From Takakia lepidozioides (lineage: Eukaryota > Plantae > Bryophyta): a DNA stretch of 64,000 nt. Each line of letters begins with the position of its first letter. Position 1 is the stretch's first letter. The notes below the pieces were generated by a model. It saw nothing but the letters and a program-made list of their open reading frames with translations. It was not told where the DNA came from and did no database searches. Of the stretch, positions 39,740 through 51,959 are shown piece by piece. The stretch lies in the NCBI GenBank assembly GCA_030704615.1, contig CM060731.1:3782001-3846000 (forward strand). The letters run 5' to 3'. Position numbers and translations under genes: made by a program.

Positions 39740-42700
39740 TGGGTCCAGTTCGGTGCGAGAATTGTTATGTAGCTTTGATTTTGTGTCTAATCAACTCGAA
39801 TATCATCATCCGGAGCTTCTTCATCCTCATCAAGCTGCAAGTCTTCTTGGTCATATGAGTCATCGTTATAAATGGCCCAGCCCTAAAAAAGCACCTCCGA
39901 ATCATCCTCCACCTCATTGTCAACGGCCGTGTCTTCGTCTCCTTCTCCAACATCCGTATCTTCTAGAGCTTCATCATATAGGGTTCAGGATGCATTGTCC
40001 AGGGCGTCATCATCCTCTTCTACCCCCTCTACCCAACCTCCATCATCAACATCATTATGACCAGTCTCTCCATCCACCGCAATTGCCTCACCCCATGGAG
40101 ATCCGAAACCATGATAGATACGTCTTCCTCTTGGCTGAGCATGCACAACCGCCTTCCAATTCCCCCATCTCGTTTTGTCATCGGAGAAGAAAACTTGCTC
40201 CATGTCTGAAGGCCGTGAAAAAAGCTCATCGGAGGGACGATGACTAGGGTTGAGCCTATCTGCATTGACGCGCATGAAACCACAATCATCTTGCACTAGT
40301 GTTGCGGAGGGTCCCACAAGATGTGGCTGGAACCACCTTCCCTTGAAGAAAAGAGGCCGGTACCTTGTATACTGAAGTTGGAGTATGCTCTCAAGCTCTC
40401 CAATGTACTCAAGTTTGCTCATAGAAGGTCGTGTATCTCCCTTGCCCCACACGGAGTCTTGCCAATATGTGGCACACAAGCCAAAATCAAAGGTTGTTTT
40501 GCGCTTCATGTCAAGAACACGAATGCGGAAATGACGACCGTGAACCCAAACCGCCGTGTATGAGGTCGTGAATTGAGAAGGGCCATTTGCAATGTCTTGC
40601 ACCAAATCTGAAACCACCTCTCCTTGAACAACGGCGTCATAAACTGAAGTCCAAAGCCACTGTTGGAATGAACGTAGAGGCTGCAATTCCATGGGCAAAT
40701 TTTGTGAAGGAACATTCCGGTGGTCTGCTCCTCGTCGTGGGCGTCTAGTAACTGGCCTTGGATGGTTCTGCCTCCATGCAAGCGTCTCCTCCTCTCGTTG
40801 TTGAACAAGATTATTGTATCTTGCCTCCCACTCATGTGTGGATGGGGTGTTCTTCAGTATGAAGTCATGCGCTTGCTCAATCACCAAGGTCGGCAATTTT
40901 ACCCTCTTCGATTTTTTGGGCAAAATGATGTCATTGGTTCGTGCATCCTCCTCTTCCTTCCACATCCGAGGGGCTTCCTCATCCACCCTTGTCATGTACT
41001 CCGTGCAATAGAACATAGCTTCTTGCAACGTATATCCCTCCGCCATGCTACCCTCCGGGTACGCCATTTGTCTTACAAATCATTTCAAAGTCTTCATATG
41101 ACGCTTAAGGAAGTACATCCACCGAGAATGAACGGGGCCGGCAATCAAAGCCTCTTCCACTAAGTGCACTACCAAGTGCACTTGGATGTCAAAGAAGGAG
41201 GGAGGAAGGTGCATCTCCAACATACACATTACCTCTGCCGCCTCCTTCTTCATGCGTGGAAAATCTGCTTCTTCCAACTCTTTGGAGCAAATCCACCGGA
41301 ACAAGCCTCCCAATCTATAGATTGTCTCACGAACTTCGGGAGTCAATGTCCCACGTACTGCAATGGGTAAGATGTCTTGCAATAGATTGTGGTAGTCATG
41401 AGACTTCAAACCATGGACCCCGTCTTCTTCGCTGAACTTCGTACGGAGGGATGACCCATAACCAGTTGGTGTTCGGACAACACTTATGGTGGTTATCACT
41501 TTCTTGTATTCTTCCTTTGTCCATTTCCAAGGTGCGCGCCTATACTTCCACTGTACAATACCCTTTGGGTCCACACCATTTTGTTCGGCCCATAGATGGT
41601 GCATGCGACCCTGCTCCTCAAGCTCCTTTCTAACACCGAGAGAATCTCTTTTTGCAGCCACTCCCTTCTTTGTCAGCATGCCATGAAGAACCCAAAAAAA
41701 GGACGAGCAAACATTCTTCTCAATATGCATAGGATCTAGAAGATAGCGAATCTTTAGGTCCTGCATATATCCCCACCCACAAAGACTTACACAAATTTTT
41801 TACGTGAAAGTGACAATGCAACGCATACCAAATGTGCAATATCACATGCATGCATAGGGATATTGACGGTGTTTTTGTGAAATATGTATCGCCCAATATG
41901 GCAACTCATAGAAGATTGAAAGTCGTTTCATGCCGGACACGTCCACTTCACCGTCCGTGCCCGCATGGGCCTCCTTCCATCGGTCCTCCCAAAACTGCCC
42001 GGACGGTGTCATAGGGGGGGGGGAACGTACTTCTTCTTTGCCATCAAACAAGTGTTTCTCTCTTCTTCTCCATCGATGGCTCATAGGAAGAAATTTGCAG
42101 TAATTGGGATACACCATCTTATGAATTAGATGGCGGGAGCTATGTGCATCAAGATCATCGCCATAATGCAAGCATGCATGGTACCCTTTGGTGCTTAGCC
42201 CCGAGCAAACAGTTAGTTCTGTACTACACATCCCGCCACATTAGCAAAAACAAAAAGTTGTCATGTGCATGGCCCATAATGTCATCTACCCCACTACGGT
42301 GCACAAGACTGTCGCCGCTACTTCAATCAATCCCAACCCTCATCGATATTATCCATCATTGACAAGTGAATGTACGCGGGTTGTTCACGGGGAACATAAT
42401 ATACCTGGATAATCATGCATTGTCCAAAACAAGATGCTTCTCATCTGAAAAGATTGTCCGGCCATAGGGTCAAGTGAAGCATCCAATGCCGGGACCCCCC
42501 TCCATAGCTCCTTAAGTTCATCAACAAGAGGTCGCAAGTACGTGTCCATGTTTACCACTTGTTTTTTCCCTATGAGACATTCACATCATTGTTTCAATGC
42601 TCCACCAATATGCAAATTATACTACAAAATGAATTACACGTCTTACTCCATGATTATGTCACTCATCAATCTTGCATCCGAATTGCGTCAGAGATCAAAA

Positions 42701-44010
42701 GTTTAATGTAAAGTTTAAGGCAATAATAAACATGAAATGAGTACACTCACCTGGCACAATGACAGCCAACATGATATAGTCTTTTTTAATTGAAAGATAC
42801 GGAGGGATGTTGTAATTCACCATGGTCACCGGCCAAGTGGAATGACTACATGACTGGATAGAGAATGGGTTGACCCCATCCAAGGAGAAGCCGAGGTGAA
42901 CATGTCGTGGGTCCTCCAAGAGAAAATGCCACATCTCTTCAATATGCCTCCATGCTTGTGAATCTTGTGGCCCGCACACCTTTCCCGGGGGGCTCCGATG
43001 TGAGACGTGTCATCTCATGAGTCTGGCCATTTCGGGGCTTCGGTACTGTGCCCTCAATCGCGGGATGATCGGAAAGTAATGCATTTTCTAGGATGAAATA
43101 CCCCACGCCCCCCACATGTAATCATCCCATTAGCACACATAATACAACACCCTTATGCATTTCCCTGTATGTAGCCTCTCCATCATTTGGGTGTGAATGG
43201 TCAAAACCGAACGTCGCTCCTTCCACTCCTCACTCGCTCCTTCCAAAACCACAATCAGATCTTGCATGAGTACTACTCTCTAAACCCTAAACTTTGTGGA
43301 ATACACTTTACATACATTGAGAAGATTAAATAAAGTAATCTCCATGCGAGGGGGATGGGCGCTTATACCTTGCGTGGTACTTTTTTCCCTTGGAAATCAT
43401 CCCGATATCGGTCTTTCTTGCACTTTGGGCACTTGGTGAGATGCGAATCCTCTCCGTATATAGGGTTTTATCACATGGACATGCATGAAAAATCTTATAG
43501 CCCATCCCCACAGAGTCCAAGACTTCGCACGCCTCTTTCCGCGACCGTGACATCTTGGGTTTCAAGTGTGGAGCAAGGATATAGTCTGCAATAGTTCGCA
43601 TTATGACAGACATCCCAACATTACTTATGCCAAATCGAATTTGAAGATTGAGCAAAAAAGTAAGATTGTTGAAAGTCGACTCACTTTCGCCCCTTCGTAC
43701 AAGGGAGTTCTCGCCTCCCTCTCCATGTCATTTGAGGGGGCCATTTCAGGATCATCGATTGGCCAGGTTCCCTCTTCATGGGATGCATCAGCGTCCACAT
43801 GATGCATTAAGAGATCCTCCATGGCTTTCACATCCTCCTGGTTAATTCCATGCTCATTGTTGTTGTCATTGTCACTGTCATTGTCATCGTCATCGTCATC
43901 ATCGTCCGGTACCATGGGGGCGGCGTCTCGCCCACGGCTCCCGTCTGATGTACTTGGGTTGTTTTCGGATGGGGTGCCAAGAGAAAGGACCGGGAAGGGA
44001 TGGACAAAGT
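39740..44010 (-). pseudogene. Spliced CACTA Tnp2/TnpD transposase (Transposase_21, DUF4218- and DUF4216-like regions) with frameshifts
   Basis: Motifs seen: PLYEGAKVSRLS, FHACPCD, DSQAWRHI..EDPRHVHLGFSLDGVNPF..HSTWPV..YNIPP, DTYLRPLVDELKELW, FWTMHDYP, SGLSTKGYHAC, DPMHIEKNVC, LKSHDYH, HLVVHL..GPVHSRWMY and PEGSMAEGY. GT-AG introns lie on the minus strand (e.g. 42750-42570). Confidence 0.9.
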
Positions 44011-45023
44011 CCTGATATGAACAAATGAACATAGGGACATATATTATAATGTGTCCTTGCAACCATACACTTCATTATAAGCGAAATGCAAACAACAACC
44101 TTCAAATGTGTGTGTGCATCAAATATGTCATTCAATAATTATATGTATGTGTGCAACATATACGCATGCAAAGTTTCAAACCCAAACAAAATCATTTGCC
44201 CCCCCAATGACGCATTCACCCTATCAACCAATTTTTTTTTATTAATGTGAAAGAAAATCCTCTCATGCCATTGCACCCAACAAACGGATGTGGCTCAAGC
44301 TTCATTTTTTCCTACATGTGCTTAAATATGTGTGCAACACCTGTACAAAGATCCAGCAGAAAAAAAAAAAGAAAAAACCTCCCCAACGACGCACTCACCC
44401 TTTGCACCAATTTTGAATTAAATCGAATTTAAATGAATTTAAAAAAACATTTAAAAAATATATGATTGCGGTTTTGAGGGGCGTAATGATTTTATTTTTA
44501 GCTCTATTTTATTCTGTGACATCGAACTTTGCACCACTACATCCATGCAAAAAATGGGACAAAAAAAAATGGAAAAAAAATAAGTGTGTTTCTAGGGTCA
44601 CTTTTGCATAATTCTCTATAAAGAGTGTATGAAGTTGAAAATAACTCAACTTTGGAGTGCAAATGAGAGAACAAAATCTGGTTATGGGTCCAAATGACTT
44701 TTGTTTACTCCCAAATTTTGCACGCACATTGCATATGCTATCATTAAGCATATGGCTTGAAAATGGAATAAAAAAAAAAATCAGGCGAAACACAATTTTC
44801 CGTCTCTATGACACGTAGTTGCGTTCAACACTAGAATGATCCATTGAATCAACTTGGTTCAAGCTCATATTTGGTCCACATGTGCTTAAGTATGTTTAGA
44901 TCACATATGCAAAGTTGCAACCCACACGAGCAACAATAATTTTTTTTACATCAATCGATTAATCGGATGTATACAAAGTACATCATGAGAATATCTACAA
45001 TGCCCCTCTACGCGATCCCTGTC

Positions 45024-45671
45024 TCAAAAGAACCCATTTCTATCATACACATCCCACTCACGCTGTAATCGGAGGTCCCAATCATCCCGGGAGAACTCGT
45101 ATGATGCAAATAGTGTGCTGCCAGCCCTAATAGTCCTACTAGCACATGTCATCACAAACATGTGCATCCCCTCACAGTATACTGACGTATGACCACAAAA
45201 GCTCTCATGCCCATCGCTTCGCTCGTCCCATACTACATTGGTTCTCCTAGGATGACCAAAAGAACTATTGACCAACCCAGCAACATTGCCGAAAATGTCG
45301 GGGTCACCATCACAAAATCTGATCTCAATGGGAGACACCCCCCGTCTACGTACATCCTGTCCGTTGACACACAAAATGTAGGGTAGGATGTATGGGGCTT
45401 CGAGGCGTAATGTACGGAACTCCGCGGAGGTGTAGTATGGACCGTAGTAGGGAAACAAGTCCACCATGCTGTTTCTCCGAGGAGGAACCACAATATCATT
45501 GACCGTGAATAAACCCCGACCCATAGCAGGGTCTGTAGCGGCTCTCACAACATACCTCTCCCCCAATACTCGAACTCCACATTTTCTCGGATGGGGGTGG
45601 GAGGGTCGAGATGATTCCCCCAACAACGAGGCTGGACGGTCCTCAGTAACATAGTCATATGCGCTTCCCAT
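45024..45671 (-). CDS. SET-domain protein carried inside the CACTA element
   Basis: SET motifs occur in order: MGRGLF (GxGxF), FPYYG (YxG), DGDP..GNVAGLVNSS (cf. DA..GNxARFINHS), TNVVW (cf. PN) and ASRTIRAGSTLFASY (cf. AxRDIxxGEELxxDY). There is no post-SET Cys cluster. Confidence 0.8.
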   Translation of the reverse strand: MGSAYDYVTEDRPASLLGESSRPSHPHPRKCGVRVLGERYVVRAATDPAMGRGLFTVNDIVVPPRRNSMVDLFPYYGPYYTSAEFRTLRLEAPYILPYILCVNGQDVRRRGVSPIEIRFCDGDPDIFGNVAGLVNSSFGHPRRTNVVWDERSDGHESFCGHTSVYCEGMHMFVMTCASRTIRAGSTLFASYEFSRDDWDLRLQREWDVYDRNGFF

Positions 45672-46600
45672 CGGGGGCGAGGATCCGGCTCAGGCCGCCC
45701 AAGCCGAAGAGGAAGAAACCTAGGGCGAAGCCGACCCCTCCTAGGGGTTCGGGGAGCACATGCACGTGGAGGTGGAGGTGGAGGTGGTACTGCTGGCGGA
45801 GGAGATAAAAGTGGAGGTGGTTGAGGATGTAATGTCGGAGGTGCAGCCGGGGGTACAACGTCCGGATCAGTACTACCGGAGGTGGATCAGGCAAAGAAAC
45901 AAATTGGGGGGGGGGGGGGAGGCCACAATCAGGGGGACCACCTGAGGAAACTGGAGGGGGAGGTGAGCCTGCTTGTTGCCGGCCATAACGCCTACGACAC
46001 CTACGATACCCCTCGACCCTACGCATCTCATCTACGTGCTGTTGGGGGAACCAACTGGTCACATCGGACACATGCTCTGGCACAAATTCTGCAAGTAGAC
46101 CGGCGCGAAATGCCTCCTGTGCAATGTGATTGCGAGCTTGGGCATCAAGTCGTGGCTGCAATGTGCGTAGAGAATGACGCATCAATACTTATGTCGTAAT
46201 TTTGATTCATGTATGCTTACCAAATGATACTATATTATTAGATAAAACCTAAATGTACCTTAAATGAATGTTAATGAGAGGGGTGGGAAAAACACTCACC
46301 TTTGCCGCATCCGCAATCTTGTTCTTCTTGTAATATTTTTTCGACAACATGCGGTCGTCGCCCTGGTGGTCTGGTGCGCCCGGCGGTTATCCGTTTATTT
46401 AACACCAACACTCAATCCTGTCGGGGGGGTTGGGGTGGACGTGGTGGACGGGGTGGCCCGCGAGGGGGCAACCCGCGGCGCGCCCAACTCGATCCCGGAG
46501 TGTCAACATCCTCCGCATCACCTGAAATTTGGCCCCGGTCCCTTCTACGATTTATGCCCGGCAGCCTGTATTGGATCAGGTGCAATGGGTGGCTCCTCGC
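45672..46600 (-). pseudogene. Pro/Arg-rich upstream coding-like region, probably the frameshifted N-terminal part of the SET gene
   Basis: Pro-rich ORF 45655-46185 is present, and poly-Pro continues in an adjacent frame across G-runs. There is a GTGAG donor at ~46300 on the minus strand. Confidence 0.4.
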
Positions 46601-47781
46601 CGAAAAACGGTCGCTCTAGGGCCACAATCGATATGTGGTACTACCTCCCCATCATCGAGGGAGACGGGTCGATGTTTCCTCACCATCGCATCTTAATTAA
46701 CACACACCACCAACACTTTCATTTCTCAAAAACCGTTGGCAAAAAATCCCTATGCCTCAGCCTCGGGGCTTTCAAAATTGGTAACCAAAGGTGGAGCATC
46801 CCTATGGTGCTAGAGCCCAAGACAATAAATCCTTCCTCTTGTTCTATCTTCAGGATGCCCAGTACACCATGGAAAAATTTGTTGAGACCCAGCGCTTTGC
46901 GATTATCATATTGAACCACATTTTGGGTATGTGAATCCTAATTACACCGTTTATCCTTTTAACCCAAGACCCACAACCAAAACCGCCAATCCAAAAACCT
47001 AGCACCAAAGAAAAGCAAACATCCTAACCCGGTACCATATGAAAAAATAAAATAAAATAAAATAAAAAATAAATGTCCTAAACCCTAAACCCAGAAAGGC
47101 CGGCCGTCGCCTCCTGCGACACCCTCGCGTCGCATTTGACGACGAGTGTTTTTCAATTTTTTACCTGGGGGTCGCACCCCATGACGGAAAGCCGTCGCGG
47201 GGTGCGTCGTGTTTTTTTAATTTATGGGGCCGGGGGTTGCAAGCAACGACGGCCGGCCGTCGCAAATATCATTTTTATATTTTAAGAAAAAGGCGGGGTT
47301 CAAGCGTGCGACGGCCGGGCATCGCACGTAGGCGCCACGTTCTTTTTTCCCCCTAAGTGCTTGAAGCATCTCTTTCCTCTCCTGTTTTCGTTTGTTCTTT
47401 GGGAAAGAGGTAGTTTAGAGAGTGGGGTTTAGGGTGGAGGAGAAACACACCTGCTGCTGCTGAGCCCGAGGTGGTCGCAAGTCCCCAAGGAGTTTGCCCC
47501 AACGCCGCTCCAACGCCCAAGGTGAGCATCGCCTCCTCCCTCACTTTCTCTCTTGTTTTCTTGCCCTACGCACGGGCTGATGTCTCTCTCCTCTGTGTGG
47601 TAGGAACGCAGCGCAGAGGCGCGACCTAAACGAGCTGAAGAGAGAGAGAGCCATGGTGAGTGGGGGAGAGACGCCCTGCAGCGGCCGCGACAGCACCGCA
47701 GACAGCCGCGACAGCACCGCAGCAGCTCGACGTGCCAGCTCGCTTCAAGCACCAACAGCCGCAGCAGCACAGATACGTCAG

Positions 47782-48245
47782 GGAAATTGCACTCTCCCTT
47801 TCCTCTCTGCTTCTGTTTACTGTTCAAAGGTAGTCTTCCTGCCCTGAGTTTAAATTTAGGTCTAGTACCAAGAGTGGGTTAGACCCTTGAGCGCATCCAT
47901 GATGTCCTCCCATGCCATGTCCCCAGCCATGTCACAAACTGGAAACAAGTTCAGGGAAGTTTTCTTCCTAACTTCATTTTCATCGGACAATTTTCTGGTA
48001 GCAGACATGGCTTTGGTCACTACACTCTCTAAGTCAGGTTTATCCAGCAAGGTCAAGACTTGCGGGTCCAGATTCAGATCCTTGACAATCTCTTTCTACT
48101 CTCTTCTCCCAGGGCTTACCCTGTTTGACAGGGCGGTCTTGTTTCCAAGATATAGAGTCGATTAACTTAGGATATCTGGTGTTGGACATATGTTGCAGCT
48201 GAACCCACCATCTGACCATGAATTTATCTTGTCAGGAGCTTAAAA
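47782..48245 (-). mobile_element. Internal fragment of the non-LTR family found in the NUA introns
   Basis: TLLDKPDLESVVTKAMSATRKLSDENEVRKKTSLNLFPVCD is near-identical to the translation of 3058-3327. Confidence 0.8.
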
Positions 48246-48249
48246 GAGA

Positions 48250-50420
48250 GCAGCACAGAAGAGAGGGAAGATACTATGTCTTGTCGGGACATGGACAAGA
48301 CCAAATAAGGTATTTGTCAAATTAACGACAAATCAGCCCTTTACAGGGCACCATCTAACACCTCCTTCCATGTACATCTTCTCAAATGTCTGAACCCTGT
48401 ATATTTCAAAGTACCAGAAAATTCAGGGTGGGAGGGTGGGATTCCAAGACAGGCATCATCCTTGTTTGATATCCAATTTACACACAATTGATTCATGCCC
48501 TTGAGCTGTAAATGTTCAGTTGCTTTATACAAAGCACAGCCAAGAAATCACAGCCAAGACATCCACCGTAGAAAAAGCCGTGCAAACTTACTCAAGATGT
48601 TGCAGACTTATATGTCAATCACTACAGATTTCACACCCGTGATTCATATCAACCATTCATGTCAGTCTTTCATAAATCCAAATTTTTGAGCTATCATGGG
48701 TAACTTGCAGGTTTGGGGGAGGTAATCCAAGGTCTTATAAAGCCATTGCAAGGTTACCATGGATATGGCTTTCCATGGCTCTGGCTTATCATGGATCTGG
48801 CTTACCATGGATCTGATTTTTCAGAACATAGTACCATAGGTTGGAACAGATTGACATCATGAACCTGCTGAGAACTTATGTGGGTACCTTCATAGTTCAA
48901 GCAACTGCCATACCAAACAATTCACTGCCCATGCGATATGTACCTTGAAAGAAACCAGCAGTAATCTTCCGAGTCAAAACAATATGCAAGGGTTTCCTTT
49001 AAAAACATTGGGATGTCCAAGAGTACACCATGGTACTTTTTAAGTTAAAACAGCAGAACCAGATCTGTTTTGCTTCAAGGAACAGCTCCAAAGACCCTGT
49101 TTGGTAAGTTTACAGCGCCAGTACGCCATCTAAGAATCCCATCACTACGAAATGGTTGATCGTAGTGTAAAACGGGGCTGTTTCAAGGCCCAGAGCATTA
49201 AACTCAAAGAGCTCTGTAGGGTATCATAAACCAATCAGCAGAGTAGTTCCATACATCCAAGGGTTCATATAGATGTTAGGGGTTTGTGAGGAAACCAGCA
49301 TACACCCCATGTGGCTCTGAAAACACAATTGCAGGTTCGAGCAATCTAAGTTAAAACAACATACATGGGCCTGTTTTACACTTGAATGGAAGTTAGTATG
49401 CAGCATTATTCCCTCTTCTCTGCATTGTCCATATCATCTGCAAGCTTTACAAATCAAATCAAGTGATGTCCCTCACTTGCGCCAGTCCCAAAAACCATCA
49501 CAAATGACAATTTGTGTGTTAGTGAGGGTGCGCGAGGTGAGTTACAGGACATCACACTTGCTATCGATGTCAGAGATGATTCATAAGTGATCGCGTTCGT
49601 AAGTGAAATAATAATAAGAGAAAATGATGAGAAACTGTTAAACTAAAACGTGGGAAGCAAGCATTAGATGAAAAAGACAAGCAGAAGCAACATTTTCCAG
49701 TAACCTTTAAAGCTTGTGGAATGAAAGTACTCTGTGACATGGCATCCAAGATCTGGCATTCAATCAAAGCAAACACAAAGGGTTTGCTGAAGGGTAGAGA
49801 GGAGCTTATCAACACCATTAAGCTTCCATAGATCCTATAGGGCGCCGCTGCAGCATAAACGAACAATGATCAATTCTCCATAAAGCACGGCAGCAGCTTG
49901 TCTGCCAGTTCGTGAATTGAAGATACCAGCATAGGAGCAGCAAATTCGGTTATAACCGCACCTCCCAATGAAATTGACAACGCGATTCAAGCCGCTAAGT
50001 CGTCAAGCCGCCATCACTCAGCTCCAAGGAAAAACCAAAGCCCAAGTGTCGGGTTGTTAGGTTTAGAGAGGTGATCAAACACGCACCCTGCGATTTCATC
50101 CGATCTGGATAAGAAATCGCATGTAGCTGATAGGTCATTTTCGTGGGATTTAGAGATGAAATCAGTAGGTTTCCAGGATGTCATCCATTGTGGGTGACAT
50201 CCGACAGGGATGAAAAACCAGCCATTTATTAGGTTTAAACCATAAGTTCATATTCAGGATAGATGAAATTTTGAACCCCTCAAGACCATAATTCACACCC
50301 TAAATGATTTAAATGGTAAGAATAACAAATCCTTGGAAAATAAAAAATCAGATCATCCGTTAGGTTTTCATCTGGTATGGATGAAAAACTGGAAAACATG
50401 GATGAAAGAACATACACCAG
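48250..50420 (-). repeat. Unclassified repeat family, copy A (inverted relative to copy B at 61345-63930)
   Basis: It shares the CATC-N7-GATG array, the block tgacatcgat..caagtgt..ctgt.a.tcacct..cctcactaac (49500-49572 vs 62408-62470) and the 3' block gttagatggtgccctgt...ttggtcttgtccatgtc...atcttccctctctt. Confidence 0.6.
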
Positions 50421-50464
50421 TACCATAGAGGCCATGGTAATGGCAAAGATTCCAAGAGATTTAT

Positions 50465-51740
50465 TGGAGAGAGAGAGAGGGAGAGAGAGAGGGAGACATC
50501 AGGGGCAGCAAAGAAAAAAAAAGAAGGTGGGGGGGAGTGACTGAGCAGCTGCTGCTGCTCAGTCACTCCCCCCCCCACATTTTTTTTTTCCCTTTGTTGC
50601 CCCCTCTCTTGGGGAAACAAAAGGGACAGATCCTACTTCTGTCAGGGGCTGACGTTGGTAGTAAGACTTACCTTTACATATAGAATTAATCCGGGTTTTC
50701 CAGATATCCTCTACAAATCCCTTCACACAAGCATCAATCTGCTGTGTGTGTGAGTTGCCCAAAAACTAGGCCTCAGAAGGGGCTGGGCTTTTGGCTCAGC
50801 CTCGACTTTTTCAAAGTTAGTAAACAGAGGTACATGCACAATTCCCTTGATAGATTTGAAGAGAGCGTCTCTTTGGTGAGAGAACCCCGGACAGTGTATC
50901 AGAAAATGAATAATGTCTTCAGGTTGCCCACAGAGATGGTTGGACACTACAGCCTCTAAGTCAAATTTATCCAGCAGGGTGAAGACTTGCGGTTCCAGGT
51001 CCTTGAGAATCTCTTCTACTGTCTTCTACCAAGACTTAGCCTGTTTGACAGGTCGGTGGGCGGTCTTGTTCCCAAGATATAGAGTCGATTAACTTAGGAT
51101 ATCTGGTGTTGGACATCTGTTGCAGCTGAACCCACCATCTGACCTTGAATTTATCTCGTCGGGAGCTTAAAAGAGACACACACAGAAGAGAGGGAGAGGG
51201 AGAGGGAGAGAGGGAGACATCAGGGGGCAACAAGAAAAGAAAGAAGGTGGGATGGGGTGGGGGGGGGGGGGGGGGGGGGGGGTGACTGAGTAGTTGCTGC
51301 TGCTCAGTCACCCCCCCCCCACACATTTTTTTTTTTTCTTTGTTGCCCCCCCTCTTGGGGAAACAAAAGGGACAAATCCTACCTCTGTCAGGGGCTGACG
51401 TTGGTAGTAAGACTTACCTTCACATATAGAATTAATCCGGGTTTTCCAGATATCCTCTACAAATCCCTTCACACAAGCATCAATCTGCTGTGTGTGAGAA
51501 GCCCAAAAACTAGGCCTCAGAAGGGCCTGGGCTTTTGGCTCAGCTTGAGACTTCCAAAGTTGGTAAACAGGCAGGCACAATTCACTTGATAGATTTTAAG
51601 AGAGCATCTCTTTGGTGAGAGAACCCCGCAGTGTATCAGAAAATGAGTATTGTCTTCAGATTGCCCACACAACGGGCAATTGCACTCTCCCTTTCCTCTC
51701 TGCTTCTGTTTGCTGTTCAAAGGTAGGTTTCCTGCCCTTA
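50465..51740 (-). mobile_element. Two tandem composite units: non-LTR fragment + ~105-130-bp foldback hairpin + (CT)n
   Basis: The units lie at about 50465-51170 and 51180-51740. Both have QQIDACVKGFVEDIWKTRINSIC and hairpins at 50500-50606 and 51222-51352. Confidence 0.7.
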
Positions 51741-51950
51741 CATGACAGGAATCTGATTATGGACATACCCCGCCCTCCCACCCTGTTTTATCATGACTGA
51801 ATGGGTGGCGTCACTTGGTATGTTATGACAAGACTGGAAATGTTAGATGGTGCCCTGTCATGGGGCTGTTTATGTCTTTAATTGACAATGACCCTAGTTG
51901 GTCTAGCTTGTCCATGTCTTGACATGACATGAATATCTTCCCTCTCTTCC
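51740..51950 (+). repeat. 3' terminal ~210 bp of the unclassified repeat family
   Basis: Near-identical to 63706-63897. Confidence 0.8.
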
Positions 51951-51959
51951 TTTTCCAAT

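Larger units (their letters stand above)
38817..47355 (-). mobile_element. CACTA/EnSpm DNA transposon with long imperfect inverted arms; right terminus missing
   Basis: The CACTACAGCAAAT terminus is at 38817. GCGACG-N6-CGTCGC subterminal palindromes occur at both ends, and 39195-39560 aligns as an inverted repeat with 46970-47355. A Tnp2 transposase lies inside. Confidence 0.9.

Noticed and set aside
46264-46914. 216-aa plus-strand ORF in the CACTA element
   Set aside because: It has no recognisable motifs and is probably the antisense of the GC-rich minus-strand region.
47350-47359. ccctaagtg as the right CACTA terminus
   Set aside because: It does not match the left TIR (CACTACAGCAAAT) and is not followed by the ATA duplication.
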